This document shows, in pieces, positions 1 to 7,672 of a stretch of DNA of 46,280 nucleotides (its first letter is position 1; each line of letters starts with the position of its first letter). The stretch spans positions 1-46,280 of IMG/VR virus record IMGVR_UViG_3300044816_000012, one strand, 5' to 3'. The notes under the pieces were generated by a model, which did not search any database, had not been told where the DNA came from, and worked only from the letters and a program-made list of their open reading frames with translations. This DNA comes from a virus. A program made the position numbers and the translations under genes.

Positions 1-127
1 AACTTTGGCTGCCCGCGCGGCTTGATAATCAAAGGTTCAAATACGTCCTTCCAGGTCTCTTTTGTGGCCTTCTTATCCAGCAGCTTAGCAGCCTGCGGAG
101 CAGTGATAACCTTCTGCGGCGCGTAGG
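1..127. repeat. Terminal direct repeat, left copy; identical to 46154..46280 (assembly overlap of a circular or terminally redundant genome)
   Basis: Direct comparison: bases 1-127 (aactttggctgcccgcgcgg ... ctgcggcgcgtagg) recur base-for-base as the last 127 bases of the window; a reverse-strand ORF reads through the junction uninterrupted. Confidence 0.95.
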
Positions 128-1154
128 CACGTTCAGGACCAATAAGCGGGTTCTGTAGCAGCAGGTCTTCCGCCTCCTGCTCATTGGCCCACTTGCGTGC
201 GCCTTCCTTGCCTTCCACGAACTTGTACGGCAAACCGTCAGGGCCGTTAACCGGCGTACCTGCTGCGGTCAGCCGATGCACTTCGGCGCTGACCGCTTTA
301 CACCATTGCTCGATAAGCGGCATCGCGGTATACGCCTTGGATAGTTTGTCCACATCGCGCGGCGCATCCGCTGGTACGATGTCATCAAAATCCATACGAA
401 CCTCATCCGCTACGAACTTAGTGAGCGCAGGGCATACGGCCTTAGCCCTACACCACCGGCACTGCTTCTCGCCGGGAACTAAGAACCGTCCAGGGGCAGC
501 ATCTGCCATCGCCTCACCGGCTTTTACTACCGCTTCGGCTGCGAGGTCTGCAAAGTTCATAAGCTCGCTTACTGTAATCGTATGCTCATCTACATGATGC
601 AAGCGTGGCTGGCAGATGACGCCCTTGACTCGCTCCACACAGTAGCCCATAAGCTCAATGTCTTTCAGTGCGCCTAGCAGATACAGTCCTAACTGCGGGT
701 TTATCTTGCGCTCATATATAGCCGACACCTTCTCGCCCGTACCGTACTTTAAGTCCTCTACGATCAAGGTCTTGGTTGCCGGCATGTAGATCAAAGCATC
801 CGCCGTGCCCCCTTGTCCTTCGCCGAGGTATTCGGATAGGTCAACGCGGTACTCAACGAATAGCTTGCCGCCGATAGCACGACGCCGTACATCGTCTAGA
901 TACATTTGGACGAAAGCCCCCCGGTCTTCGTCCATTGTGTAGCTCTTGCCGTTTAGCGCTTGGACGTGTCCGAAGTACGCAATAGCGTCTAATCGATCCG
1001 TGAGGCACGATGCAGCCCACTCGTGGCTGGCCGTACCGTCGTCAGCGAAGGTAGAAGATCCGCCATCTGCATGGTTCTCAGCGAACGCCATGCTTCCGGG
1101 GCATGAAATCCAACGGTGCGCGGACGAAGGCGAGAATAGCGAATGGCCGCTCAT
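1..1154 (-). CDS. Cas4-like PD-(D/E)XK exonuclease (DUF2800-type), N-terminal 384 codons; continues across the circular junction into 46072..46153
   Basis: Absent from the ORF track because it runs off the window edge. My translation from ATG 1154..1152: MSGHSLFSPSSAHRWISCPGS...GTADALIYMPATKTLIVEDLKYGTGEKV...NPQLGLYLLGA...GEKQCRWCRAKAVCPAL. It shows a D...DxK nuclease core, a QxxxY motif and a 1+3 cysteine pattern as in Cas4/DUF2800. ATGA overlap with the stop of ORF 1151..1339. Confidence 0.85.
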   Translation of the reverse strand, partial: MSGHSLFSPSSAHRWISCPGSMAFAENHADGGSSTFADDGTASHEWAASCLTDRLDAIAYFGHVQALNGKSYTMDEDRGAFVQMYLDDVRRRAIGGKLFVEYRVDLSEYLGEGQGGTADALIYMPATKTLIVEDLKYGTGEKVSAIYERKINPQLGLYLLGALKDIELMGYCVERVKGVICQPRLHHVDEHTITVSELMNFADLAAEAVVKAGEAMADAAPGRFLVPGEKQCRWCRAKAVCPALTKFVADEVRMDFDDIVPADAPRDVDKLSKAYTAMPLIEQWCKAVSAEVHRLTAAGTPVNGPDGLPYKFVEGKEGARKWANEQEAEDLLLQNPLIGPERAYAPQKVITAPQAAKLLDKKATKETWKDVFEPLIIKPRGQPK

Positions 1155-1339
1155 AACTGCGCCGCACCGCGACGAAATAGAAGGTCCTTAGTCGCACCGC
1201 TCAGATGTGGTGCTTGCGCGATTACGGCTAGCTCCGCCAGCACTACAGGATGCGCGCCCTTAGGGGGATTGCGCAGCAGGTTACGGCGCATGGCACGTTG
1301 TCGGCGGACTTCGGGATCTAGTTTGCAGATTGTACTCAT
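1151..1339 (-). CDS. hypothetical protein (62 aa, basic)
   Basis: ORF with SD-like taggagccacaATG; its stop overlaps the Cas4-like start (ATGA). Confidence 0.65.
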   Translation of the reverse strand: MSTICKLDPEVRRQRAMRRNLLRNPPKGAHPVVLAELAVIAQAPHLSGATKDLLFRRGAAQL

Positions 1340-1356
1340 TGTGGCTCCTAGTTATG

Positions 1357-1384
1357 CCTGTGCGCTAGGCAGCTAGCGCACAGG
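1357..1384 (-). other. Perfect 12-bp stem / 4-nt loop GC-rich hairpin in an intergenic gap
   Basis: cctgtgcgctag gcag ctagcgcacagg read directly. It lies 9 nt after the stop of gene 1394..1897 and just before the SD of gene 1151..1339. No U-tract follows on the minus strand. Confidence 0.6.
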
Positions 1385-1393
1385 GCTTTCAAC

Positions 1394-1897
1394 TTAGACG
1401 GACATCAGCACCGCTTCGGACTCTTCAATAAAGGCTGCGTAGTCAGCGGCCTTTACCGTGGATACCGATGTTGCGCCGAACTTCTTCAGAAGCGCGACCG
1501 CTTCCTTACGCTTATTGGCCTTGAGCATCGATTCCACGGCCAGCGCGACGGCATCACGCGATACAGACTCGGCTTTGTCGGCTGCGTCCTTAGCCGCTTC
1601 CTCTTCCGCCTCCTGAGCGGCTTCGGTAGCCGCAATGCGCGCAATGGACTTAGCTACAAGCTCTTCCTCTGAGATAGCCGGCTTCTTAGGTGCAGTTACG
1701 GTCTTTGGCTTAGCGGCTACAGGTTTCACCGTTTCGACTGTTGGGATAGCGGCTTCTGCTACGGACACATCCGCACCTTCAATAAAGGCGTTGAATATCG
1801 TAGCAATTGCAACAATGCGCGTTGCGTCGCTACCCTGGTGTGGGGCATCAAACTTGACGGCTTCGGCTAGTGCGATTGATCTAGTGGCTTCTGACAT
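1394..1897 (-). CDS. hypothetical Ala/Glu/Lys-rich protein (167 aa from the preferred start)
   Basis: ORF 1394..1936. The ATG at 1897 has GGAG 9 nt upstream; alternative starts at 1903/1912/1936 lack good spacing. Low-complexity AEAK-rich centre. Confidence 0.7.
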   Translation of the reverse strand: MSEATRSIALAEAVKFDAPHQGSDATRIVAIATIFNAFIEGADVSVAEAAIPTVETVKPVAAKPKTVTAPKKPAISEEELVAKSIARIAATEAAQEAEEEAAKDAADKAESVSRDAVALAVESMLKANKRKEAVALLKKFGATSVSTVKAADYAAFIEESEAVLMSV

Positions 1898-1942
1898 TTT
1901 CATGTTCTCCATTGGTTGCGGGGTTTTCAGGATCATAAACGT

Positions 1943-4156
1943 TTACGCGGTGATGTCAACAGTTTCTTTTCGGATATGCGCCATTACATCGATACTAGAC
2001 GCGGTTCCCCACATCTCGTAGTTACGCAGGATTATGCACCTATAGGAGCCTTTACCAATACGCAGTATTCTGCTTTTACCGTTAAACGGAGCCTTGGCCA
2101 GCAGTTTGCCAACTCTATCGTTAGACGGCTTAGTGGTGCAATGTTTGCGCACATGCTCTGCAACTTCGGACGTTATAACTACGTCTGTATCCAGCGGTTC
2201 GGCGTATTGCTCTAAAGCTGTCTGTAGTAGTTCCATGTCTGAGCTTATGGAAGACGCCACCATTGCTTGTCTGGCTTCTGTGTGCGGAGCCTTAGCGGAT
2301 GCCGTGAAGTCGCCTAGGGATAGATTCAAGAAGTAATGCCGCAATGCGCCAGCAGCACGGGAGGTAAGTAGGAAGTCGGTATAGATCCAGTCTTGCTCCT
2401 CCACGGTAAACTGCGGCGCGTTCACGTGGTGTATTCCCCAGCGCCTATCATCGTTATCAACAGCAGCGGCATCTTCCTTATTGCTGGTTGCTGTCACGAA
2501 AAAACAATTAGGCATGGAATACCCGGCACTGCCTTTAGGGTGAATGCTAATCGAATCGTCCGTTATCCAGGGTTTTAACTTCTCCGTTATGGCTTCACGC
2601 TTACCCCTGGTATCCGCCCGGAACTCGGTTAGGTTTATATGCCAAGCGCCTAGCAGAAAGTCGTTAAAGTCGCTATTCAATAGCGCGCCTGTAACCTCTT
2701 GTGAGTACCGCAGTCCGACTAGCAAGCTGGGTATCATCTTAAGTAGTGTCGTCTTACCGTTACCTTGCGTCTCGGACCATATGAGCGGCGCTGACTTAAT
2801 CTTTACCCCCGGTTTCTGTACGACGTGTGCGAAAAACTGCTTGAGCCAATCGCGGTACAAGGTATCGTCTATGCGGGCGAATAGCCACTCAATACGTTCA
2901 AGTTCGCCCGCTGTAGGCTCCAAGGGCTCAGGAAGCACGTTACGGTAGGTGTTAGCGAACGTAGCGTTGTTACCGCTGAATATCGCCCCCTCTCCGGGAT
3001 GAAAGCCTATACCATCGACGAAGCGCTTAGTGCTGCTTTCCTTTAGTATCTTGACCGGGCTAACACGTCCGGCCCTGCCTTTAGGCATCATGCTGGTAAA
3101 CATATGTTCAATAGCGTTGTCGCTACCGATAACCTTATGCCGCTCGCAATCGAAGTAGCGCTCGGCACTATGGACGAATACCAAACGGCTCTCTAGATTC
3201 TGCACCGCGACGGCGCGCAATTGCGCCTTGCTGGCGTTTACGAGCGCTTCCGTAGTCTCTTCGTCTGCTAGCGCAGAGGTTGTGCTTTCTTCGGGGAACT
3301 CTTCCGCCTCCGCCGGCAATTCAGCAACTAGCGCCGCGCCTGTAGCTACGTGCTTGCCGGGAGTGCTGACGAATGATAGGTAGCGCATCTTCAGATGGCT
3401 ATCGCCGGGGTACTTGATGCGTTTGACGCCCTTGGACCATTCGCACCATATGTCCAGCCCTTCCTGTGCGCCGCCTGTTGCGTCGTGAATTTGCATCCCG
3501 ACCTTGAGCCATTCGTCGTGCTCTGCATCTGGCGAATGCTTGAACGTCGCCTTACGCAGCTTGGCTAGATCAATAGCCGGTTTAGCCTTCACCGGGGAAG
3601 TTACCGGGGAAGTTACCGGGGAAGTCGGCTCAGTATTAACAGGTTCTGTAGCAGTCAATTGCCGCCAGCACGCCAATAGCGTTGCGGGGATTGGGGGGAG
3701 GCTGCGCCAATCGCTTAGCAGCCCACCGGCCCATTGGTATTGCCGCCCGCTTGGATGGTAACTGGGGGGCAGCACGTCTTGAACAGATGCGCCTGCGGCA
3801 GTCGCACAGCGCAATTCGACTCCGCTACCTTTCGGCTTTAACGTGCGTAGCGGTCGCTTCATCGCGTATAGGAGCTTTGCACGGTTAGGCGTACCGCTAG
3901 TTATTTGTACCGCATCATCTGCCGCAAGTAGCGCGTCTACATCGACTCCCCTCTCCGCGAGCCATGGCCTAGCGGCTGATAGGGAGTCTATATCCAAACA
4001 TGCGGTGCCGGATAGGGCATGAAGCAGGCCTGCCCCGTCAAGGCCATCAGCCGCAGCTATAGGCTTCGTATTCCAGCCTGGCGCAGTCGGAGCCTTGCTG
4101 CCCTTATCTATGGCACAAAGCTTCCAACCGGCGTCTACGTAGTCCTTAAAGCTCAC
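1943..4156 (-). CDS. Bifunctional primase-polymerase / D5-type SF3 helicase (737 aa)
   Basis: N-terminal Prim-Pol-like segment (DAGWKLCAIDKGSKAPTAPGWN), PriCT-2-like segment (HDEWLKVGMQIHDATGG..WCEWSK), Walker A (SETQGNGKTTLL) and Walker B-like (CFFVTATSN). GTG start overlaps the upstream stop. Confidence 0.88.
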   Translation of the reverse strand: MSFKDYVDAGWKLCAIDKGSKAPTAPGWNTKPIAAADGLDGAGLLHALSGTACLDIDSLSAARPWLAERGVDVDALLAADDAVQITSGTPNRAKLLYAMKRPLRTLKPKGSGVELRCATAAGASVQDVLPPSYHPSGRQYQWAGGLLSDWRSLPPIPATLLACWRQLTATEPVNTEPTSPVTSPVTSPVKAKPAIDLAKLRKATFKHSPDAEHDEWLKVGMQIHDATGGAQEGLDIWCEWSKGVKRIKYPGDSHLKMRYLSFVSTPGKHVATGAALVAELPAEAEEFPEESTTSALADEETTEALVNASKAQLRAVAVQNLESRLVFVHSAERYFDCERHKVIGSDNAIEHMFTSMMPKGRAGRVSPVKILKESSTKRFVDGIGFHPGEGAIFSGNNATFANTYRNVLPEPLEPTAGELERIEWLFARIDDTLYRDWLKQFFAHVVQKPGVKIKSAPLIWSETQGNGKTTLLKMIPSLLVGLRYSQEVTGALLNSDFNDFLLGAWHINLTEFRADTRGKREAITEKLKPWITDDSISIHPKGSAGYSMPNCFFVTATSNKEDAAAVDNDDRRWGIHHVNAPQFTVEEQDWIYTDFLLTSRAAGALRHYFLNLSLGDFTASAKAPHTEARQAMVASSISSDMELLQTALEQYAEPLDTDVVITSEVAEHVRKHCTTKPSNDRVGKLLAKAPFNGKSRILRIGKGSYRCIILRNYEMWGTASSIDVMAHIRKETVDITA
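3591..3626. repeat. 12-nt tandem repeat x3 inside the primase linker (encodes TSPV TSPV TSPV)
   Basis: accggggaagtt accggggaagtt accggggaagtc read directly; in frame, between the Prim-Pol and PriCT domains. Confidence 0.9.
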
Positions 4157-4335
4157 GGACTACGGAGCCATGCGCGCGAGGACCGTGCGTAGTCGCGTAG
4201 TTGAGGAAGCGGCTTCGCCTCAAGGATAGCGGCTATGCGCAATTCGGCTGCGGTGAAGTCTACGACTGTTGGCACGTAGGGCAGTGCCGCGACAGTGCGC
4301 CTGGGGCGAAGCGCGAAGGGTATTATGTTGCTCAT
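4153..4335 (-). CDS. hypothetical protein (60 aa)
   Basis: ORF chained by stop-start overlaps at both ends. Confidence 0.55.
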   Translation of the reverse strand: MSNIIPFALRPRRTVAALPYVPTVVDFTAAELRIAAILEAKPLPQLRDYARSSRAWLRSP

Positions 4336-4430
4336 ACCAATACCCTCAGTAGCAGCATCAAGGCAAGCGTGAATACGAACATTTGTATGCAGCCGAGTAG
4401 CGCTCGCTGGCCTTCGCTAGGATCGTTCAT
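4332..4430 (-). CDS. small single-pass membrane peptide (32 aa)
   Basis: Not in track (<60 aa). MNDPSEGQRALLGCIQMFVFTLALMLLLRVLV; ATGA overlaps with both neighbours. Confidence 0.5.
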   Translation of the reverse strand: MNDPSEGQRALLGCIQMFVFTLALMLLLRVLV

Positions 4431-4531
4431 TCGTCACCCGGTTTATCAGTCGTCTTATCGGCGAGTATCTTGCCTACTACTGATGCTAGCAGGAAATACC
4501 CTAAGAGTACCAAAAGGATCGTGGTTATCAT
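4427..4531 (-). CDS. small single-pass membrane peptide (34 aa)
   Basis: Not in track. MITTILLVLLGYFLLASVVGKILADKTTDKPGDE; ATGA overlaps with both neighbours. Confidence 0.5.
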   Translation of the reverse strand: MITTILLVLLGYFLLASVVGKILADKTTDKPGDE

Positions 4532-4752
4532 TTGAGTAGGTCATCCTCTGTGATGGGCTGGCGCTGCAACCAGTTGTGAATGATGTTCGCAGTGTTCTCA
4601 AGCTCCGCAGTATGGTGTTCTTGCATGTACTCGTGTATTGCCTCCTCGATATCCTCTAGTCCTTCACGCGATAGGGTAGTTTCTAAGGGCCATATCGGAT
4701 ACTTCGCTGGTTCCGCACAGTCGCACGCTTGACCACAGCCTAAGCACATCAT
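4528..4752 (-). CDS. hypothetical acidic protein with N-terminal Cys cluster (74 aa)
   Basis: ORF; MMCLGCGQACDC N-terminus; ATGA overlap downstream. Confidence 0.6.
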   Translation of the reverse strand: MMCLGCGQACDCAEPAKYPIWPLETTLSREGLEDIEEAIHEYMQEHHTAELENTANIIHNWLQRQPITEDDLLK

Positions 4753-4934
4753 GGATATTCCTTGTACTCAATCCGACAAAGAGGTCTGTTGAGCGTCCAA
4801 AAGTTATACGCCTCTTGTGACCGTAGCGCAGCCAATCGTGCTTGTCGTCGGTTAACGCCTATGCCAACGGAGAAGACCTTATCCTCTACGTAGAGGATAG
4901 CTTTGTAGTCTTGTTTCACGGATACAGCGCCCAC
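4749..4934 (-). CDS. hypothetical protein (61 aa)
   Basis: ORF in the operon chain; overlaps neighbours by a few nt. Confidence 0.5.
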   Translation of the reverse strand: MGAVSVKQDYKAILYVEDKVFSVGIGVNRRQARLAALRSQEAYNFWTLNRPLCRIEYKEYP

Positions 4935-5149
4935 ATGCTACCAATCTCGATTGGCTTGAGTACCGTCAATTTACCGCCTTGCCATGCTGCGTTAGGGGTT
5001 TCGTGGATGCGCACTGTACGCCATGCGGCTACGCCAGCGCAACCATTAGCGAGCGAACGGCCGTAGCTTGCTGCTTCATGCTCAGTCGCAAATATCATGC
5101 CGGCGGGACTGTGCCAGTGTTCACGAAAGACTTGAGTTTCGTGGCTCAT
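4916..5149 (-). CDS. hypothetical protein (77 aa)
   Basis: ORF in the operon chain; its start ATG overlaps the stop of upstream micro-ORF 5146..5238. Confidence 0.55.
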   Translation of the reverse strand: MSHETQVFREHWHSPAGMIFATEHEAASYGRSLANGCAGVAAWRTVRIHETPNAAWQGGKLTVLKPIEIGSMWALYP

Positions 5150-5238
5150 GGTCTGAATATCCGTTCTAAAAGCAGCACGGTATGCGCCAGCACTACAAAT
5201 CCTAAGGCTAGCTCTAGAAACGCAATTATGATGCTCAC
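5146..5238 (-). CDS. small hydrophobic peptide (30 aa, GTG start)
   Basis: Not in track. (M)SIIIAFLELALGFVVLAHTVLLLERIFRP; GGAGGA 7 nt upstream; GTGA and ATGA overlaps. Confidence 0.45.
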   Translation of the reverse strand: MSIIIAFLELALGFVVLAHTVLLLERIFRP

Positions 5239-5414
5239 GTCGTAATCCTCCAAATCGCGTATACGAACCCTAGCGAGGCGAGCGCAACGCCATAGTCTCC
5301 ATGTATCGCCAACCAGTCTAAGCGCCGTGCTACGACCTTAGGGTGCGTCTGTGATTGCCAGTAGTGTATAAGGCGCTGATCGAATCTAACCGAGTAGCGG
5401 GTCTGACGGCTCAT
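5235..5414 (-). CDS. hypothetical protein (59 aa from the preferred start)
   Basis: The track ORF is 5235..5462, but the ATG at 5414 is preceded by ataggagtattctca (AGGAG). Confidence 0.5.
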   Translation of the reverse strand: MSRQTRYSVRFDQRLIHYWQSQTHPKVVARRLDWLAIHGDYGVALASLGFVYAIWRITT

Positions 5415-5559
5415 TGAGAATACTCCTATATGACGGTTCTTTAGCTTTCCAGTCGGCTGCATGCTCGGCTAGCGCCCGAAGATGCAGGCCGAGCCACATA
5501 CGGTGATCTTTACACGTATCGCACAGGCATGCAGCATCGGGTTTGTGCGACTGGCTCAC
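5386..5559 (-). CDS. possible small Cys/His protein (57 aa, GTG start)
   Basis: Not in track. (M)[37 protein letters not shown]...; GTGA overlap with the pentapeptide gene stop; overlaps the next gene by 29 nt. Confidence 0.35.
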   Translation of the reverse strand: MSQSHKPDAACLCDTCKDHRMWLGLHLRALAEHAADWKAKEPSYRSILNEPSDPLLG

Positions 5560-6227
5560 GGTTTCATCACGTCGCGGATGACCGCCTTAACCGATGCGCC
5601 ATGACGTTTCCACCATACCGTGGCGTTTTTGTTCATCGCGCGTATCCATCGGGGATCGGCTTTTAACCATTTTATGTTAGCATGTTGCTGACAGCCTATA
5701 GTTGTATGCGTAGGGGTTACGGTTACGGGCCATCCGCCGAAGTCTAGCCGCGCAATGCGATAACCTTCCGGCAGGTCAGCGCCCTGCAGGTTAGCGCCCC
5801 ACAGGTTAGCGCCCGTCAGGTAAGCGCCCGTCAGGTTAGCGTCCGTCAGGTAAGCGTCCGTCAGGTTAGCGCCCCTCAGGTAAGCGCCCCACAGGTTAGC
5901 GCCCGTCAGGTAAGCGCCCGTCAGGTTAGCGTCCGTCAGGTAAGCGTCCGTCAGGTTAGCGCCCCTCAGGTAAGCGCCCCACAGGTAAGCGCCCGACAGG
6001 TAAGCGCCCGTCAGGTAAGCGCCCGTCAGGTTAGCGCCCGTCAGGTAAGCGCCCATCAGGTTAGCGCCCGTCAGGTTAGCGCCCGTCAGGTTAGCGCCCG
6101 TCAGGTTAGCGCCCGACAGGTTAGCGCCCGTCAGGTTAGCGCCCCTCAGGTCAGCGCCCCGCAGGTCAGCGCCCGACAGTACGGGGACTTCTCTAGCTGG
6201 CGAACCGTCTAAGAATTTGATTAACAT
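5556..6227 (-). CDS. Pentapeptide-repeat protein A (223 aa): about 27 consecutive A(N/D/Y)Lxx units plus a 70-aa unique C-terminal domain
   Basis: [44 protein letters not shown]...; the preferred start at 6227 has GGAGAAATAAT upstream, identical to paralog B. Confidence 0.9.
   Translation of the reverse strand: MLIKFLDGSPAREVPVLSGADLRGADLRGANLTGANLSGANLTGANLTGANLTGANLMGAYLTGANLTGAYLTGAYLSGAYLWGAYLRGANLTDAYLTDANLTGAYLTGANLWGAYLRGANLTDAYLTDANLTGAYLTGANLWGANLQGADLPEGYRIARLDFGGWPVTVTPTHTTIGCQQHANIKWLKADPRWIRAMNKNATVWWKRHGASVKAVIRDVMKP
5771..6178. repeat. 15-nt tandem coding repeat array of pentapeptide gene A
   Basis: Units caggt(t/a)agcg(c/t)cc(g/c/a)(t/c/a) read directly; includes a perfect 90-bp tandem duplication, 5801..5890 = 5891..5980. 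Confidence 0.95.
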
Positions 6228-6228
6228 A

Positions 6229-6297
6229 TTATTTCTCCGATAATCCAAGGCAGATAGTGATGGTCAACCATGTGCAGATGAATGTGAATAGCATCAT
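6229..6297 (-). CDS. possible 22-aa hydrophobic micro-peptide
   Basis: Not in track. [22 protein letters not shown]; TAATG overlap upstream, and its stop lies 1 nt before the pentapeptide A start. Confidence 0.3.
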   Translation of the reverse strand: MMLFTFICTWLTITICLGLSEK

Positions 6298-6737
6298 TAT
6301 CGGCGTCCTCCGGTGATTAGCCGCTTGCGCTCAGCGCTTTTGCGCCCTGCGGTGAATGCCGCGACTATGCGCGATAGTCGCTTAGCGTAGGGAGTTGATA
6401 GCGGCTTACCATTATTACGTGATACGACTTCCGCCGTGAACTTTATGTGGTTGAATTGCCCTCGGCTATAAAACTGCGGCATTAGTGCTTGGATATCGCC
6501 TATGGGCGGCGCTTGAGTCCTAGACTGATTCTTGTAGGGTGCTGCGGGTATCGGCTGGCAGGCGCTACCGTAGGCGCGTATCGCAAGGCTAGCAACGTTG
6601 TAGGCGTCATCTTTCGGTAGGCGTACCGCTTCCCTTGGGTCTGACACCCATCGGTACGCTTCGGCATCGCCGGTTGCTGCTAGGTACATTGGGGTATCAC
6701 GAAACGTTCGGAGAACCAGGTATTGCTGTGTGTTCAT
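6297..6737 (-). CDS. hypothetical protein (146 aa, basic C-terminus) between the two pentapeptide genes
   Basis: Track ORF 6297..6812 trimmed to the ATG at 6737, which sits 1 nt after the stop of gene B (TAAAATG). Confidence 0.65.
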   Translation of the reverse strand: MNTQQYLVLRTFRDTPMYLAATGDAEAYRWVSDPREAVRLPKDDAYNVASLAIRAYGSACQPIPAAPYKNQSRTQAPPIGDIQALMPQFYSRGQFNHIKFTAEVVSRNNGKPLSTPYAKRLSRIVAAFTAGRKSAERKRLITGGRR

Positions 6738-6738
6738 T

Positions 6739-7662
6739 TTAGTATGCTTCCGCTTCTGCGCGAGTGATAAAGAAATGGATACCCTGGGCGCATTCGATGC
6801 GCTTATCGTCACAGAAACCGTCAGGGCGCACGGTCCCCCCGGTGACGTAGGCTATCGTACGGGAGTAACTGTCCTTAGCGCCTGATGCATCTAGAACGTT
6901 GACGTATTCTGCACGGCATTTGCGCGAGCCATAAGCGTTTAGTCGCTTGACGTTAGCCGGTATGCTAAGAATGGCTATAGAGCCGTCGGATAGCTTTTTG
7001 TAGCCAATCAGATTGCCGTCCGGAGTGATGCATTGTTGCTCAAGGCCGGTAACGCCCATCAGGTCAGCGCCCATCAGGTCAGCGCCCATCAGGTTAGCGC
7101 CCATCAGGTTAGCGCCCGACAGGTTAGCGCCCCACAGGTTAGCGCCCCACAGGTTAGCGCCCCACAGGTTAGCGCCCGTCAGGTTAGCGCCCGTCAGGTC
7201 AGCGCCCCTCAGGTCAGCGCCCCTCAGGTAAGCGCCCCTCAGGTTAGCGCCCGACAGGTTAGCGCCCGTCAGGTTAGCGCCCATCAGGTTAGCGTCCGAC
7301 AGGTCAGCGCCCCTCAGGTTAGCGCCCGACAGGTTAGCGCCCCGCAGGTCAGCGCCCATCAGGTAAGCGCCCCTCAGGTAAGCGTCCGACAGGTCAGCGC
7401 CCGACAGGTAAGCGCCCATCAGGTTAGCGCCCCACAGGTTAGCGCCCGACAGGTTAGCGCCCGACAGTTTAGCGCCCCTCAGGTTAGCGCCCCTCAGGTT
7501 AGCGCCCCTCAGGTTAGCGCCCCTCAGGTTAGCGCCCCTCAGGTTAGCGCCCCTCGGGTCAGCGCCCGACAGGTTAGCGTCCGACAGGTTAGCGTCCGAC
7601 AGGTTAGCGCCCAGCAGTACGGGGATTTCACGTGACGTACCGTCTAAGAATTTGATTAACAT
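6739..7662 (-). CDS. Pentapeptide-repeat protein B (307 aa): about 38 repeat units plus a C-terminal domain ending in GIHFF
   Basis: [43 protein letters not shown]...; C-terminal [14 protein letters not shown]...[17 protein letters not shown] resembles the module I recall as recurrently fused to viral pentapeptide proteins (DUF5758-like; from memory, unverified). Confidence 0.9.
   Translation of the reverse strand: MLIKFLDGTSREIPVLLGANLSDANLSDANLSGADPRGANLRGANLRGANLRGANLRGANLRGAKLSGANLSGANLWGANLMGAYLSGADLSDAYLRGAYLMGADLRGANLSGANLRGADLSDANLMGANLTGANLSGANLRGAYLRGADLRGADLTGANLTGANLWGANLWGANLWGANLSGANLMGANLMGADLMGADLMGVTGLEQQCITPDGNLIGYKKLSDGSIAILSIPANVKRLNAYGSRKCRAEYVNVLDASGAKDSYSRTIAYVTGGTVRPDGFCDDKRIECAQGIHFFITRAEAEAY
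7050..7616. repeat. 15-nt tandem coding repeat array of pentapeptide gene B
   Basis: Read directly; includes five perfect consecutive copies of agcgcccctcaggtt (7471..7545). Confidence 0.95.
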
Positions 7663-7672
7663 ATTATTTCTC

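Noticed and set aside
184-1376. Plus-strand ORFs 184..597, 946..1191 and 1143..1376
   Set aside because: They lie opposite the Cas4-like gene and the 62-aa gene, both of which have clear motifs and coupling; the plus-strand translations are Ser/Ala/Arg-rich shadows
5771-7616. Regular short direct repeats that superficially resemble a CRISPR array
   Set aside because: The units are 15 nt, contiguous with no spacers, in frame within two ORFs, and encode A(N/D)LxG pentapeptides; there are no cas genes or leader
7013-7635. Long plus-strand ORFs (72 and 200 aa) with QVSA/PIRSA repeats opposite pentapeptide gene B
   Set aside because: They are shadow frames of the 15-nt coding repeat. They have no SD and a nonsensical periodic sequence, whereas the minus-strand frame gives a canonical pentapeptide-repeat protein with an SD and an N-terminus shared with its paralog
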